Assembly (NCBI GenBank): GCA_037305845.1
Contig: CP147778.1
Location: 1,248,001 to 1,312,000 of the forward strand
Length of the DNA: 64,000 nucleotides
From: Candidatus Freyarchaeum deiterrae
Lineage (GTDB): Archaea; Asgardarchaeota; Jordiarchaeia; Jordiarchaeales; Jordiarchaeaceae
Direction: 5' to 3'
Part shown: positions 39,111 to 49,633 of the stretch, piece after piece
How the letters are laid out: each line of letters starts with the position of its first letter
How positions within the stretch are numbered: position 1 is the stretch's first letter
Program-made: the position numbers and the translations under genes
The notes under the pieces: generated by a model
What the model saw: only the letters and a program-made list of their open reading frames with translations
The model's database searches: none
Told to the model about the DNA's origin: nothing

Positions 39111-40286
39111 ATGAAGTTTTTAGTAGTAGCACAAGCTCTTGACCTAAAATATAGACTTGGGTGCGTTCCCTCGTGGTGGCAGTTATTAAAGGCTCTTCAT
39201 GAAGTAGGAAACGAAGTCATAGTTACTCCTTATCTTGGCAAACCAATAGAAAGTTTATGGTGGAGAATTTATGGAAACCCATGCACCAGAGAAAGCATAA
39301 TGTTTAACTCTTATTTGGAGAGGAAAAAGAGAAAAGGTGAAGCGCCAAATGGAAAAAGTTTGCTTTCACCCGTTTTTGACCTGCTTATAAAACGCTATAT
39401 AAGACCTAAATGGGAGAGGCATTTGATGAAAATAATAAAAAAAGAGAGGGATGTTGATGTTATACTGATGCTGGGCATTCCTATTAACCATATTAATGGT
39501 ATACCTTCTAAAATTAAGAAAACTTTCGACATCCCAATAGCCTATTATGAGGGAGATATGCCGACTATTTTGCCTAAATATGCAGTTGACAGGGAATTCA
39601 AATTTAACTACTACGAAGGCGCCGATTTATCCGAGTTTGACGCATTTTTCTCCAACTCTAAGGGAGTTGTGCCAGAGTTGGAAGAAGCAGGAGCGAAAAA
39701 TGTCCATGCTTTGTATTGGGCTATTGATCCGATGCTCTTTACGCCAGTAAATGTCAAGAAAGATATAGACATTTCATTTTACGGACACGGTAGTGAACTA
39801 CGTGAAGAGTGGATGGAAAAAATGATTACAAATCCGAGTAAAAAAATGCCTGACGTAAACTTTTCAATTGGAGGAGGAAATTTCAGAATAGATTTAGGTA
39901 ACGCTAAATTGGTTGGTCCTATTCCATTCAGTGCATTTAGAAATTTTTGTTGCAGAAGTAAAATCAATCTCAATATTACAAGATGGACGCATACAAATGT
40001 TTATGCTTCCGCAACAGCTAGGCCCTTCGAATTAGCTGCATATGGCGCTTGCATTGTTTCGCAGCCTTACAATGGAATCGAGGAGTGGTTTAAAGTAGGA
40101 AAAGAATTATTTGTGGCGAACAGCGAAGAAGAAGCAATGGAGTTGTATAAATGGTTGCTTGATGATGAAGAAGAAAGAGAAAAAGCGGGTAAAAAAGCTA
40201 GAGAGAGAATATTGAAGGAACATACTTTCCACCACAGAGCAAATGAAATGGTTAAAATTATAAAGAGCACTAATAGCGGGATATAA
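39111..40286 (+). CDS. GT-B glycosyltransferase, CgeB-like family
   Basis: DISFYG, SKINLNI, RPFELAAYG, HTFHHRA. Confidence 0.85.
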   Translation: MKFLVVAQALDLKYRLGCVPSWWQLLKALHEVGNEVIVTPYLGKPIESLWWRIYGNPCTRESIMFNSYLERKKRKGEAPNGKSLLSPVFDLLIKRYIRPKWERHLMKIIKKERDVDVILMLGIPINHINGIPSKIKKTFDIPIAYYEGDMPTILPKYAVDREFKFNYYEGADLSEFDAFFSNSKGVVPELEEAGAKNVHALYWAIDPMLFTPVNVKKDIDISFYGHGSELREEWMEKMITNPSKKMPDVNFSIGGGNFRIDLGNAKLVGPIPFSAFRNFCCRSKINLNITRWTHTNVYASATARPFELAAYGACIVSQPYNGIEEWFKVGKELFVANSEEEAMELYKWLLDDEEEREKAGKKARERILKEHTFHHRANEMVKIIKSTNSGI

Positions 40287-40798
40287 AATCGGGTATGACA
40301 GTGAAGAAATAGTCTACTATTCGTATAGTTATACGCTAAAAAATGTCTTCCAACAAGACCTTGATTCTGATGCCACAATGCACTATGTTTATGACCAAAG
40401 AGTTAAAGAATACTCCATGAAAAACTTCATGCTAGACGAGATAAGAATATACATTAAGAAAGTACAACTTTATGGCAAGAAATGGCCACGTCTCTTGGAT
40501 CCAGTATGCGACAATAACGATGTATTCAAACTTCCAGGTATGGTCCTAAGCTCAAGACAGAAACGTATGCCACTATGGCTAAAAAAGGCACTATCCAAAA
40601 AGAAAAATCCCTAAGACAAATACAATGATGTCATAAATCAAGAAGTAATTAGCAAATTTAAAACGCTTATGTAGGGGAAAGTATTACAATTTTTACCTCT
40701 AAATTTATATTAGGAAATTGAAAATGATTATTTTTGATAAATAAAAACACTCTTAAAGAATATTTAATTATGCATGTAAATGTAATGAGGTTATCTTA

Positions 40799-41470
40799 AT
40801 GTCTCAACTATTACGTCTCTATGAAAGAAACAAGTATTTCCGTGCCCTAGTTCAAAAAATGGGCGTACGCGGAGCAGGCTACACCGATATCTCCTCCGAA
40901 CGCTTTATCGAGTATTCTTGGTCCTTCATAAATCTTGAAGAAAAAACCGGGAGAATACTCGATGTAGGTTCTACTGGATCCTATTTTCCTCTCGCACTTG
41001 CTTGTTTAGGATACGAAGTATACACATCCGATGTAAGACCTTATGAATACAGTTTTCTCCTACCAAATCTTAAGAGCGTAACGGGAGATATTAGGCATAC
41101 GAAATTTCCAAATGATTTCTTTAAAATAGTTACATCAATATCAACGATTGAGCATATAGGCTTGGGAAGATATGGAGATCCCATAGACAAAGAAGGAGAT
41201 AAAAGGGCTATAAAAGAGATAGAGAGAATTTTATTGAGGAACGGGAAATTACTTCTAACAGTACCATATGGAAAATCGACAGTCACACAATTGCACAGAG
41301 TTTATAATGCTAGTCAACTCCAATTAATGCTTAAGAATTTCAAAATAGAAAGGGAGGATTACTTTTTGAAAAAAACAGGCTATTGGGTGCGTGTTTCAAA
41401 GGAAGATTTAACGGACGCCGACTCCCAGAAAAATGTTATTGGAATTGCCTGCATAAAGTGCATCAAATAA
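40799..41470 (+). CDS. Class I SAM-dependent methyltransferase
   Basis: ILDVGS, ISTIEHIGLGRYGD, LTVPYG. Confidence 0.85.
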   Translation: MSQLLRLYERNKYFRALVQKMGVRGAGYTDISSERFIEYSWSFINLEEKTGRILDVGSTGSYFPLALACLGYEVYTSDVRPYEYSFLLPNLKSVTGDIRHTKFPNDFFKIVTSISTIEHIGLGRYGDPIDKEGDKRAIKEIERILLRNGKLLLTVPYGKSTVTQLHRVYNASQLQLMLKNFKIEREDYFLKKTGYWVRVSKEDLTDADSQKNVIGIACIKCIK

Positions 41471-41516
41471 CTTTAAAGAAATCTTAAGTGGCTACCAAAC
41501 TTAGGAGGCATTAAAA

Positions 41517-42518
41517 ATAAGAGGTTTTAGAAAGAACGGGAAAAATTCGAGAGTATGCAACATTTCTGTGATTATTCCCGCATATAATGAAGAAAAAATG
41601 ATTGGAAAATCATTAGTAGAGATCTTAAAATTGGATTATAATAATTTGGAGATACTTGTCTGTTTAGATGGATGTACAGATGGTACAGAACGTGTTGTTA
41701 ATGATACCATTAACAAATACAAGACCACAGATAAAAGAGTATTAATTCTTAAAAATAAAGAAAGGTTAGGAAAAGCAGCCACAATAATGAAATTACTGAA
41801 AACGGCAACGGGTGAAATTATAGTATTAAATGATGCTGATTGGAAATTTCTGGCAAATAAAGAAGAATTTGATAAATTAATCAGATGTTTCGATGACCCT
41901 AAAGTCGGTGGAGTGCATATAGGAACTACATTAGGTTTTTTGGAAAATGCAGAAAACGCCTCGAAATTAAAGTCAACTCTCTACTTGGGAAACGCTTGGG
42001 CATGCATTTTTATAACAAAATATCAAATAGAAAGATTTACGAAACGCATTAACGGTAAATTGTATGTTGATAAAGATAAAATGGGATTTCCTTTCGAGAT
42101 AGATATTTTTAGGAAGGAACTTATAGGCGACATTCATACAACTTGTGATGATAGTGAATTCAGTTATCAAATTTTACGAAAAGGATATGAGGTGCAGGTC
42201 GTAATAGAGGAGGGCTATCCTAGATTTGAAGATATGAATAGGATACTTACATTTAAAGATGTCATTAAGACAAAAATTAGAGGGGAGGCCGGACGCAAAT
42301 TACTTACCAAAGAATTTAATGCAAATTTTGTTACATTTTATTTTAAAATCTCCATGTATATGTTGTTTAATATATTTAGAGTAAAAACTTCAAGGGCAAA
42401 GATTGGCTTATTGGCCTGGATATATTTAACGATAATTTCAGTGGTGGCATCAAAGCTGTTGATACGAAGAAGTCGTTCGACAAGAGTGATGTGGAGTATG
42501 AAAGTGAGAAGAGAATAG
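41517..42518 (+). CDS. GT2 glycosyltransferase (apparent ATA start)
   Basis: ISVIIPAYNEE, DGCTDGT, GKAA, LNDAD. AGGAGG at 41503-41508, then in-frame ATA at 41517 (track start is GTG 41568, inside the first motif). Confidence 0.8.
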   Translation: MRGFRKNGKNSRVCNISVIIPAYNEEKMIGKSLVEILKLDYNNLEILVCLDGCTDGTERVVNDTINKYKTTDKRVLILKNKERLGKAATIMKLLKTATGEIIVLNDADWKFLANKEEFDKLIRCFDDPKVGGVHIGTTLGFLENAENASKLKSTLYLGNAWACIFITKYQIERFTKRINGKLYVDKDKMGFPFEIDIFRKELIGDIHTTCDDSEFSYQILRKGYEVQVVIEEGYPRFEDMNRILTFKDVIKTKIRGEAGRKLLTKEFNANFVTFYFKISMYMLFNIFRVKTSRAKIGLLAWIYLTIISVVASKLLIRRSRSTRVMWSMKVRRE

Positions 42519-42546
42519 CTTCTTAAATTTGTTGAGGAGGTATGTA

Positions 42547-43204
42547 ATGGTTTGCAAGCAGAATTATGATTCTTTATATTATCAATATCGTGATCCCAAT
42601 AGTTTAATGTATAAAAAGTTGCGAGCTGTAGATGGATACATAAGTGCCGGGAGTTGCCTTTTAGATATTGGTATGGGCATAGGAGAATTGATTGAATTAG
42701 AAAAACAAAAATTCGAGAAGATGTATGGAATCGATGTGTGTGAAGAATCTGTTAAGATCTGTCGTAAACGATTTAAAAAAAAATGAAAAAATTTGTATTA
42801 TGCAAGCTGATATAAACGGACTGAAGCATCTATTTAAAGTCGAAAAATTCGATTATATCGCCTGTTTAGACGTATTAGAGCACATTAAGGTAGAGGATTG
42901 CAGAAAAACCTTGAACAGTATTTATAATATCCTTAAAAATAGCGGTAAACTTATCTTTACAGGCCTTTGTCTTTTTGAAAAATTTAGGATATTTTTGGGT
43001 CGATCCCCAACACATTTACATTCGCATTCGTCTTATGGCTGGAAAAAAATGATTGAAAAGGCGGGTTTTAATGTAATAAATGTTGAAACGGTTGAATTCC
43101 CACTACTCCATAGTACTTTTTTAAGGAAAAGGTTTCATCTTTTTGGTAAATGCTGCTTAATTGTAGCTGAAAAAAGAAATAATCCTTTGAGGGATTTTAG
43201 ATGA
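42547..43204 (+). pseudogene. Class I SAM methyltransferase split by a one-base frameshift in an A9 run
   Basis: LLDIGMGIG...GIDVCEE in the first frame; QADI...FDYIACLDVLEH in the second; A9 at 42775-42783. Confidence 0.85.
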
Positions 43205-44385
43205 AAATCCTCCAAGTAGTTTCAAGCTTCCCACCAGCATATGCATATGGGGGGGCTGCTAGAGCAGCTTATGATATTTCAAAAACTTTAATAAAAGCAG
43301 GTCATGAAGTTACTGTATATACCACGGATGTGTATGATGTACACTCGCGTTTTAAATACGATAAAGACCCAATTTGGATGAACGGCATTAAGGTTCATCA
43401 CTTTAAAAATTTGAATAATAAACTTGCTTATAAAAACTTGCCCATCGCTCCAACAATGGCATTTGCCTTAAATAAAAATATTAAAAATTTTGATATAGTT
43501 CATTTACACGAATATCGAACTTTCCAAGGAAACCTCGTCCACTATTATGCAAAAAAATATGATGTCCCTTATATTTTGCATGCTAACGGTTCAATACCTA
43601 AGGTTGAAAAGATGGTTAGAAAGTGGCTTTATGACACACTTTTTGGATATAAAATCTTGAAGAATGCATCGAAGTTGATAGCTCTGTCGAGAACCGAAGC
43701 TGAGCAGTTTAAGGAATTTGGTATACAAGAAGATAAAATAGCGATAATACCCCACGGCATAGATCTCTCACAATATAAAAAATTGACGCCTAAGGGAACC
43801 TTCAAGAAAAAGTATGGAATAGAAAATAGCGGTAAAAAAATAATACTTTACTTAGGTAGAATCCATAGGACAAAGGGAATAGACTTTCTGTTAAAGGCTT
43901 ACGCCTACCTGATTAAAAATATGAAATATAAAGATGCTTTATTAGTGATAGCTGGACCAGACGATGGATACTTGAACGATGCAAAGCAACTAGTAACCTC
44001 TCTAAAAGTTGCCGATGAAGTAGTGTTTACTAGAATGTTGTTGGGAGAGGAAAAAATCGGAGCTTATGTGGACTCAAGTGTGGTGGTTAATGTAGAGCCG
44101 AGCAATGTGTTCGGCTTGGTTCCTCTAGAAGCGGCGGCATGCTCAACACCTGTAATAGTCAGCAGAGATAACGCTATTAGTGGGGTGGTTCATCAAGGAG
44201 AGTTTGGTTTTTCAGTGAAACATGGTGACATCAATGAGCTTGCTGGGATTATAAGGGAAATGCTTAGAAATGACGATTTGTTGAGAGAGTTGGGTCAAAG
44301 AGGTCGTAAGTTTGTATTTGAAAACTACGGCTGGGCTAATATTGTAAACAAGTTGGAAAAGGTTTACGAGGAACTTGCCAGATAG
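43201..44385 (+). CDS. GT4 glycosyltransferase
   Basis: GHEVTVYT, LYLGRIHRTKG, FGLVPLEAAAC. Confidence 0.92.
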   Translation: MKILQVVSSFPPAYAYGGAARAAYDISKTLIKAGHEVTVYTTDVYDVHSRFKYDKDPIWMNGIKVHHFKNLNNKLAYKNLPIAPTMAFALNKNIKNFDIVHLHEYRTFQGNLVHYYAKKYDVPYILHANGSIPKVEKMVRKWLYDTLFGYKILKNASKLIALSRTEAEQFKEFGIQEDKIAIIPHGIDLSQYKKLTPKGTFKKKYGIENSGKKIILYLGRIHRTKGIDFLLKAYAYLIKNMKYKDALLVIAGPDDGYLNDAKQLVTSLKVADEVVFTRMLLGEEKIGAYVDSSVVVNVEPSNVFGLVPLEAAACSTPVIVSRDNAISGVVHQGEFGFSVKHGDINELAGIIREMLRNDDLLRELGQRGRKFVFENYGWANIVNKLEKVYEELAR

Positions 44386-44675
44386 GGTAGTCCAAAATCA
44401 ATTTCTGCTGATGATACCACAAAAGAAAATTTGCCATTTCCCAAAAAAAATTTCATAGTTTTATTAATTGATATACTTGAACTCTTCCACAATCCTTCTT
44501 TTACGCTGAAAGAAATTTCATGTGTTCTAAATAGCCCCAGGCTCCTAGTAATTAGAAACCCTAATTGCGCCAAAACGCTTTCGAAAAAGTTTTTCAGAGA
44601 AAATACAATTTAGAAAACGAGAAGATTATTATATCTTGTGAGAATCACTAATAGAAAAGAAAGTTTTTTTATTAT

Positions 44676-45740
44676 CTAAAGATTATTCTTGAAGAGTTCA
44701 ATGTTTGCTTTCAACCATTCAACCATTTTAGAGACCCCTTCCTTGGGACTTATTTTTACTTCCCAACCAAGTTTTTTTCTCACCTTTCTTATATCCGAAA
44801 CATACACCTTCTGATCGCTGGGTCTCCAGTCGGAATATTCTATCTTGGTTCTTTTTCCTGTTACTTCTTCCAATAACTCCAATAATTCCAAAAGTGATAG
44901 TGTATTTTTATGTCCGCCTCCTATGTTAAATACCTCCTGCTTTAAATTACTTTTTATGAAAAGTTCGTATGCTTTTATTAAATCATCAACATAGAGGATG
45001 TCTCTTACCTGACTTCCATCTCCATAAATCGTTATAGGTTTTCCTAATAATGTCGCAATAGCAAACCAGGCAACCCACCCTTGATCTTCCACACCAAACT
45101 GTCTAGTTCCATAAATACAACTCATTCTGAAAACTCCAGTTTTCAAATCATAAATGTGACTGTAATCTTGAACGTAAATGTCTCCAGCGAGTTTAGATGA
45201 ACCGTAGGGGGTGTGCTCGCAGAGATCAATTGAAAAATCTTCTGGAACTCCCTTCTCAAATTTCTCATCTTCAAATTCGTATCTTTTACCTTTTTTACCG
45301 ACTGGAATTTTATTTACGTTGCTTCCATACACCTTATTGGTTGAGCAATAAATTAGATGTGGATCATTGGCGCTTTGTCTTGCGGCTTCTAAAACATTAA
45401 AAGTTCCAAGAGCATTTATCTCAAAATCCTGATTCGGATCCTTCAGGGAAGTTGTGACAGCAACTTGAGCAGCAGTATGAATTATAATGTCCACATCTTT
45501 ACAAACAATTTTCAAAGCTTTTAAATCTCTTATATCCTTTTTAATGAATTCCAAATTATTCAAATTTTTGAGAAAGTTCAAGTTGTAACTTTGGTTAATT
45601 TCCTTCCCTAAAATTTTCCCTCTTTCCAAATTATCGAATGCAATAACTTTACAACCCATTTTCGTGAAATGTTCACATACATGCGAACCTATGAAACCAG
45701 CGCCCCCTGTAACTAAAATATTTTTATCACGAAGTTCCAT
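44676..45740 (-). CDS. NDP-sugar epimerase, CDP-paratose 2-epimerase-like
   Basis: TGGAGFIG, AAQVAVTTS, STNKVYG, TPYGSSK, FRMSCIYG, EDQGWVAW. Confidence 0.88.
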   Translation of the reverse strand: MELRDKNILVTGGAGFIGSHVCEHFTKMGCKVIAFDNLERGKILGKEINQSYNLNFLKNLNNLEFIKKDIRDLKALKIVCKDVDIIIHTAAQVAVTTSLKDPNQDFEINALGTFNVLEAARQSANDPHLIYCSTNKVYGSNVNKIPVGKKGKRYEFEDEKFEKGVPEDFSIDLCEHTPYGSSKLAGDIYVQDYSHIYDLKTGVFRMSCIYGTRQFGVEDQGWVAWFAIATLLGKPITIYGDGSQVRDILYVDDLIKAYELFIKSNLKQEVFNIGGGHKNTLSLLELLELLEEVTGKRTKIEYSDWRPSDQKVYVSDIRKVRKKLGWEVKISPKEGVSKMVEWLKANIELFKNNL

Positions 45741-46011
45741 GTTTCAAACCTCTTCAATTTCTTATATTATCTCACAAACTATTGCATGAAATAATCTTTT
45801 AAACGCATTAGTTTGTCACTTCCTTTCACACTCGCCTTTGAAAAGCTTTTTTCTTTTCATTAAAAATCGGATTATCAGACTTGTTCAAACCCTATTCACA
45901 GCATGTTATTTTTCAATAAATTAAGTGAATTCAAGCTTCGTCCTTTTTTATGGGAGACTGCTCTTTCGTAAGCTTGAAATTTGACGTGTTTTCATTCTCC
46001 ACTGGGACCTT

Positions 46012-47157
46012 TTATACCTCTTTCTGAACTACTTTTTCTATTAATTTGTTGTACTTTTGCCCGATTATCTTCCAATCAAATTTTTTAGCACGCTCTCTGG
46101 CGTTTTTACCCATTTCCTCCATTTTTTCTGGGTCAAGAAGCAGCTTGGTAATTTTTTCCCCTAATTCTCTGGAATTCATTGGTTCCACACGATACCCACT
46201 TACGCCATCCTCAATCGTGTCCCGCATCCCACCAACGTTGGTTCCGACCACGGGTTTCCTACACGCCATGGCTTCCAGCACAGCTATACCAAATGGTTCG
46301 GTAATACTTGGCTGAACGTAGATGTCGCATTGTGAGTAGAGCTCTGGCATCTGACGGTTTGGAATCGCCTTATCAATAAAGCTGACAACGCTACCCAACT
46401 GTAGCTTATTAACAAGTGTTCCAAGCTTTTCTCTTTCCGAACCCTTACCCAAAATATAGCATTTGACACCAGAAACCCTCTTGGAAACATACACCATTGC
46501 TTCAATTAGATATCTTAATCCCTTGACCGGGGTAGCACGAGCAACAGTTAGTATCTTAAACTTTCCCTCAAGTAGATTTAACTTTTCAACTTTTTTGGGC
46601 TGGAATAATTGTGTGTCAACCCCTACATGTATCACTTCAACACCCCTTCGAACCCCCAACTCATTGATCCAGAATTCCTTAGCGGCTGTGCAATGAGCAG
46701 TAATAGCGTTAACACCTTCTCGCAGTTTCTTGTTTGTAGCCAAATCATATACCTTGTAAATATTTCGAACAAAAAAATTTTTATTCCAAGTGATGTGTTC
46801 AGACGATACAGTAGTCGGAATCCCTTTCTTCTTGCACTCGTGAAAAGCCTTGTGGCAAATAAAGGGGTAGTCCTCTTGTAACAATACCACATCACTTTCT
46901 TTCACATATTCTGATATTCCGTAAACAAAAGGGTTTGTTTCCCAGAATATATCTATTAAATTTGGAACATAATTTACTTCAAAGTTTTGTGGAACGGATT
47001 CTTTAAATGTTTTCGTATCCATTAACTCACGTCCGGATTTTACACTCGTGGTAATAATGTTAACCCTATGACCCAAATCCACTAGGCTCTTAGCAAGCCC
47101 GAATTCGTTACTCCGAACAAACAATGGAAAGCTTGGAACCACAATGGAAATATTCAT
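46012..47157 (-). CDS. GT4 glycosyltransferase
   Basis: LTVAR...KG, EPFGIAVLEAMAC. Confidence 0.92.
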   Translation of the reverse strand: MNISIVVPSFPLFVRSNEFGLAKSLVDLGHRVNIITTSVKSGRELMDTKTFKESVPQNFEVNYVPNLIDIFWETNPFVYGISEYVKESDVVLLQEDYPFICHKAFHECKKKGIPTTVSSEHITWNKNFFVRNIYKVYDLATNKKLREGVNAITAHCTAAKEFWINELGVRRGVEVIHVGVDTQLFQPKKVEKLNLLEGKFKILTVARATPVKGLRYLIEAMVYVSKRVSGVKCYILGKGSEREKLGTLVNKLQLGSVVSFIDKAIPNRQMPELYSQCDIYVQPSITEPFGIAVLEAMACRKPVVGTNVGGMRDTIEDGVSGYRVEPMNSRELGEKITKLLLDPEKMEEMGKNARERAKKFDWKIIGQKYNKLIEKVVQKEV

Positions 47158-47271
47158 TCAAATCTCTCCGTGTAATGCTCAGTTTCTGATTTATCAATGA
47201 CCGTAATTATTGAGTTGTATATATTAGTTTTTAGGCACATATTTAGCCCTTTTTTGTCTTTGTTAGCCTTG

Positions 47272-47330
47272 GACCGAAAATTTAAGCACTATTTGCAATA
47301 TTATTGCAAGAGACCGAAAATTATTTAATT
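47272..47330 (+). promoter_or_regulatory. Tandem BRE/TATA-like repeats flanking an operator-like palindrome
   Basis: GACCGAAAATT at 47272 and 47312; TTGCAATA-T-TATTGCAA at 47293-47309. Confidence 0.5.
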
Positions 47331-47394
47331 CGAAAACAGCATACGTCTCCCGCAATCTTTCAAGTTAGATAAAAAAAGGCCATCGGAGATTCTT

Positions 47395-49083
47395 ATGGAA
47401 CGCAAATATCTTTTGTTATCTTTTCTGGTTCCTCTGTTTATCAGGGTTGTTCCAGAAGTCATTGCTTATCCATGGCTGATTGGCTACGATACTCTAGTCT
47501 TGTACGCGCCCTACCTATACTATTTTCAGATTTATGGCTTTTCTTTAGCTTTCTATTATACCTTTATTATGTATCACGTTACCCCTCTGCTTTATACTTT
47601 TGTTGGTGGTTTGGGTATTTTGACCGGGGCGAATCCGGTTCTGATATTGCAGGTTGTTGCTCCCATTCTCACCGGCTTTTTGGGGTTCTCGATTTATTAC
47701 TTTTTGACCGGTTATTTGGACTGGAGCGATAAGAGAAGCTTGTTCTGCGTGATTCTCAGCGTGTCATACTTTGTAGCCCTCAGGATATCCTGGGACCTGC
47801 TTAGAAACACGTTGGGACTTGCCTTCCTATTTCTCGCAGTTTCCCAGACTAAAAGTTTAGGTGAGAGAAGGAAAAGCCTTCTTTTCATAATCTTCTCCCT
47901 ACTCTGTACACTCACTCACGAAGGGGTGGCAATCATACTTTTCTTTGTAATTGCTTATCTTCTTCTTTTAGAGGTGTTTCCCTCTCTTAGCGTTTCTGGG
48001 ATTTTAAACAGTTTCAAGTCTCTGAGACGCTCCGATAAAGCCGCTGATTCCGAAACAGCGGAGACTAAGAGGGGGAAGAGTGGAAAATTAAGAACGTTAA
48101 AGCATCCCTCGGGAGACGGAGAACACAAATGGTATCAAAGGTTTTCTGGATCTGATTCTCATCCCTGGATTCTAGCCACGTACACCTTCACAGCGCTATT
48201 AATAGTGTTAATTGAGTTATATTATGCAGGACACTTCACAATTTATACTCCCAGCGACCCCTTTACCCCAAACACGTTTAGTTATTTTGTTGATTACGTC
48301 CCTCAGAATCTCTATTACAATATAAATTTTGGTTATAATGTGTATTCTTCTGTGAGTGCTTTGAGGGTTGATATCTTTTCTCTTTTTTTGGTCTGTTTTC
48401 TGCCTGTACTTCCCTTTGTGGTTTTGGGCTATTTCCGAAACCGCGTCTTGGACTTTATGGTTCTATTTCTTTTGGCGGCCTCTTTTATGCCCGTCGTGCT
48501 GCCCCACTTTGCACTTCTTCTTTGGGATCGTTGGATGCTGATGCTTACGTTTCCCTTCACCATCTACGCCTCTAACTTCCTGCTTCCCAATGAGCAAAAC
48601 TCGATTCTGATCAGGAGGCTGAAAATTTCCAGTAAAACCAGAAGGAAGGTGCTAGTCGTTATGATCCCTGTGCTGCTTTTACTATCGTTTGGGTATATGG
48701 CTTCCGGTGAGCGGGTTTTCCCCTACTTTTTGACTATAACCAATAGTTCATACATTCCACCGGGTATGCAGCGGAATACTATTCCGCTCTCCCAGAACCA
48801 GTATGCGGTGGCGGCCTGTGATTGGTTGGAGTGGAATATGCCTGCTAACTCCTGCCTCATCGTTCACCAAACCTTATATTACTGGGCCCTATCCACGCTC
48901 ACTCCTAGGCCGATGTATGAGTATGATTCTTTTGATTCGGGGTTGCAACTTGCGCTGCTCAATGCGGGTAGGTACAATAGCACCTATGTTCTGACATATT
49001 TCCCCTTTGACCAATACATTTGGAGTAACAATTTTACGCTGGTTTTCAATCTGGGGTTGGTTTATGTTTTTAAGAGTGCTTGA
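47395..49083 (+). CDS. Polytopic membrane protein, probable GT-C-fold glycosyltransferase, copy 1
   Basis: First loop YPWLIGYD, LRISWDLLRN, many transmembrane segments, soluble C-terminal domain; lies in a glycan cluster. Confidence 0.6.
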   Translation: MERKYLLLSFLVPLFIRVVPEVIAYPWLIGYDTLVLYAPYLYYFQIYGFSLAFYYTFIMYHVTPLLYTFVGGLGILTGANPVLILQVVAPILTGFLGFSIYYFLTGYLDWSDKRSLFCVILSVSYFVALRISWDLLRNTLGLAFLFLAVSQTKSLGERRKSLLFIIFSLLCTLTHEGVAIILFFVIAYLLLLEVFPSLSVSGILNSFKSLRRSDKAADSETAETKRGKSGKLRTLKHPSGDGEHKWYQRFSGSDSHPWILATYTFTALLIVLIELYYAGHFTIYTPSDPFTPNTFSYFVDYVPQNLYYNINFGYNVYSSVSALRVDIFSLFLVCFLPVLPFVVLGYFRNRVLDFMVLFLLAASFMPVVLPHFALLLWDRWMLMLTFPFTIYASNFLLPNEQNSILIRRLKISSKTRRKVLVVMIPVLLLLSFGYMASGERVFPYFLTITNSSYIPPGMQRNTIPLSQNQYAVAACDWLEWNMPANSCLIVHQTLYYWALSTLTPRPMYEYDSFDSGLQLALLNAGRYNSTYVLTYFPFDQYIWSNNFTLVFNLGLVYVFKSA

Positions 49084-49633
49084 TTGATACGCCTAAATTT
49101 TTTGGCTTGCTGACCCTTTCTACGAGACATCAAGCACTGTCCAGCCCTTAGAAGGCAAAAAGTCTTCTCTCTAAAAGTAATCTCCCCAAAATATATCATC
49201 AGGAAATATCCTATAATCTACAATTTTCATTCCAAACCTTTTTCCACCCATTTGCCGTAGAGAGAGAGTCATACTTATCTCTGCAGCGAATATATCTTAA
49301 GTATTTTAGGAAATAAAGCCTCTTCAGGTTTTAGGCAGGTACCCTTGTGAAGACTTTGAGCTTACGCAGTCTTATTCTCTTCCGTCAGGGGGCAGGGTGT
49401 GTGTATTGTAGGGGAAGCGGTTCTAAATATGATCAATTTATTCTTAAGAGTAACCACAGCTGGACAGTTTTCTATATGTGTTCGCACTTAACCTTTCACA
49501 TCAGAAAGCAAACGAAGAATTAGGGCTTAGCTCTTTCTAAAAGTTGAAGAGACAGAAAAATATTTAATTCGGCAACAGCATACGTCTCCCGCAATCTATC
49601 AAGTTCGATAAAAAAAGGCTATCGGAGATCCTT

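Noticed and set aside
40290-40680. ORF 40378..40614, possibly a decayed glycosyltransferase C-terminus
   Set aside because: No motif I can name with confidence.
45930-45978. 9-bp inverted repeat TTCAAGCTT...AAGCTTGAA as a MITE or ncRNA
   Set aside because: Single copy in the window, short, no target-site duplication seen; at most an intergenic hairpin.
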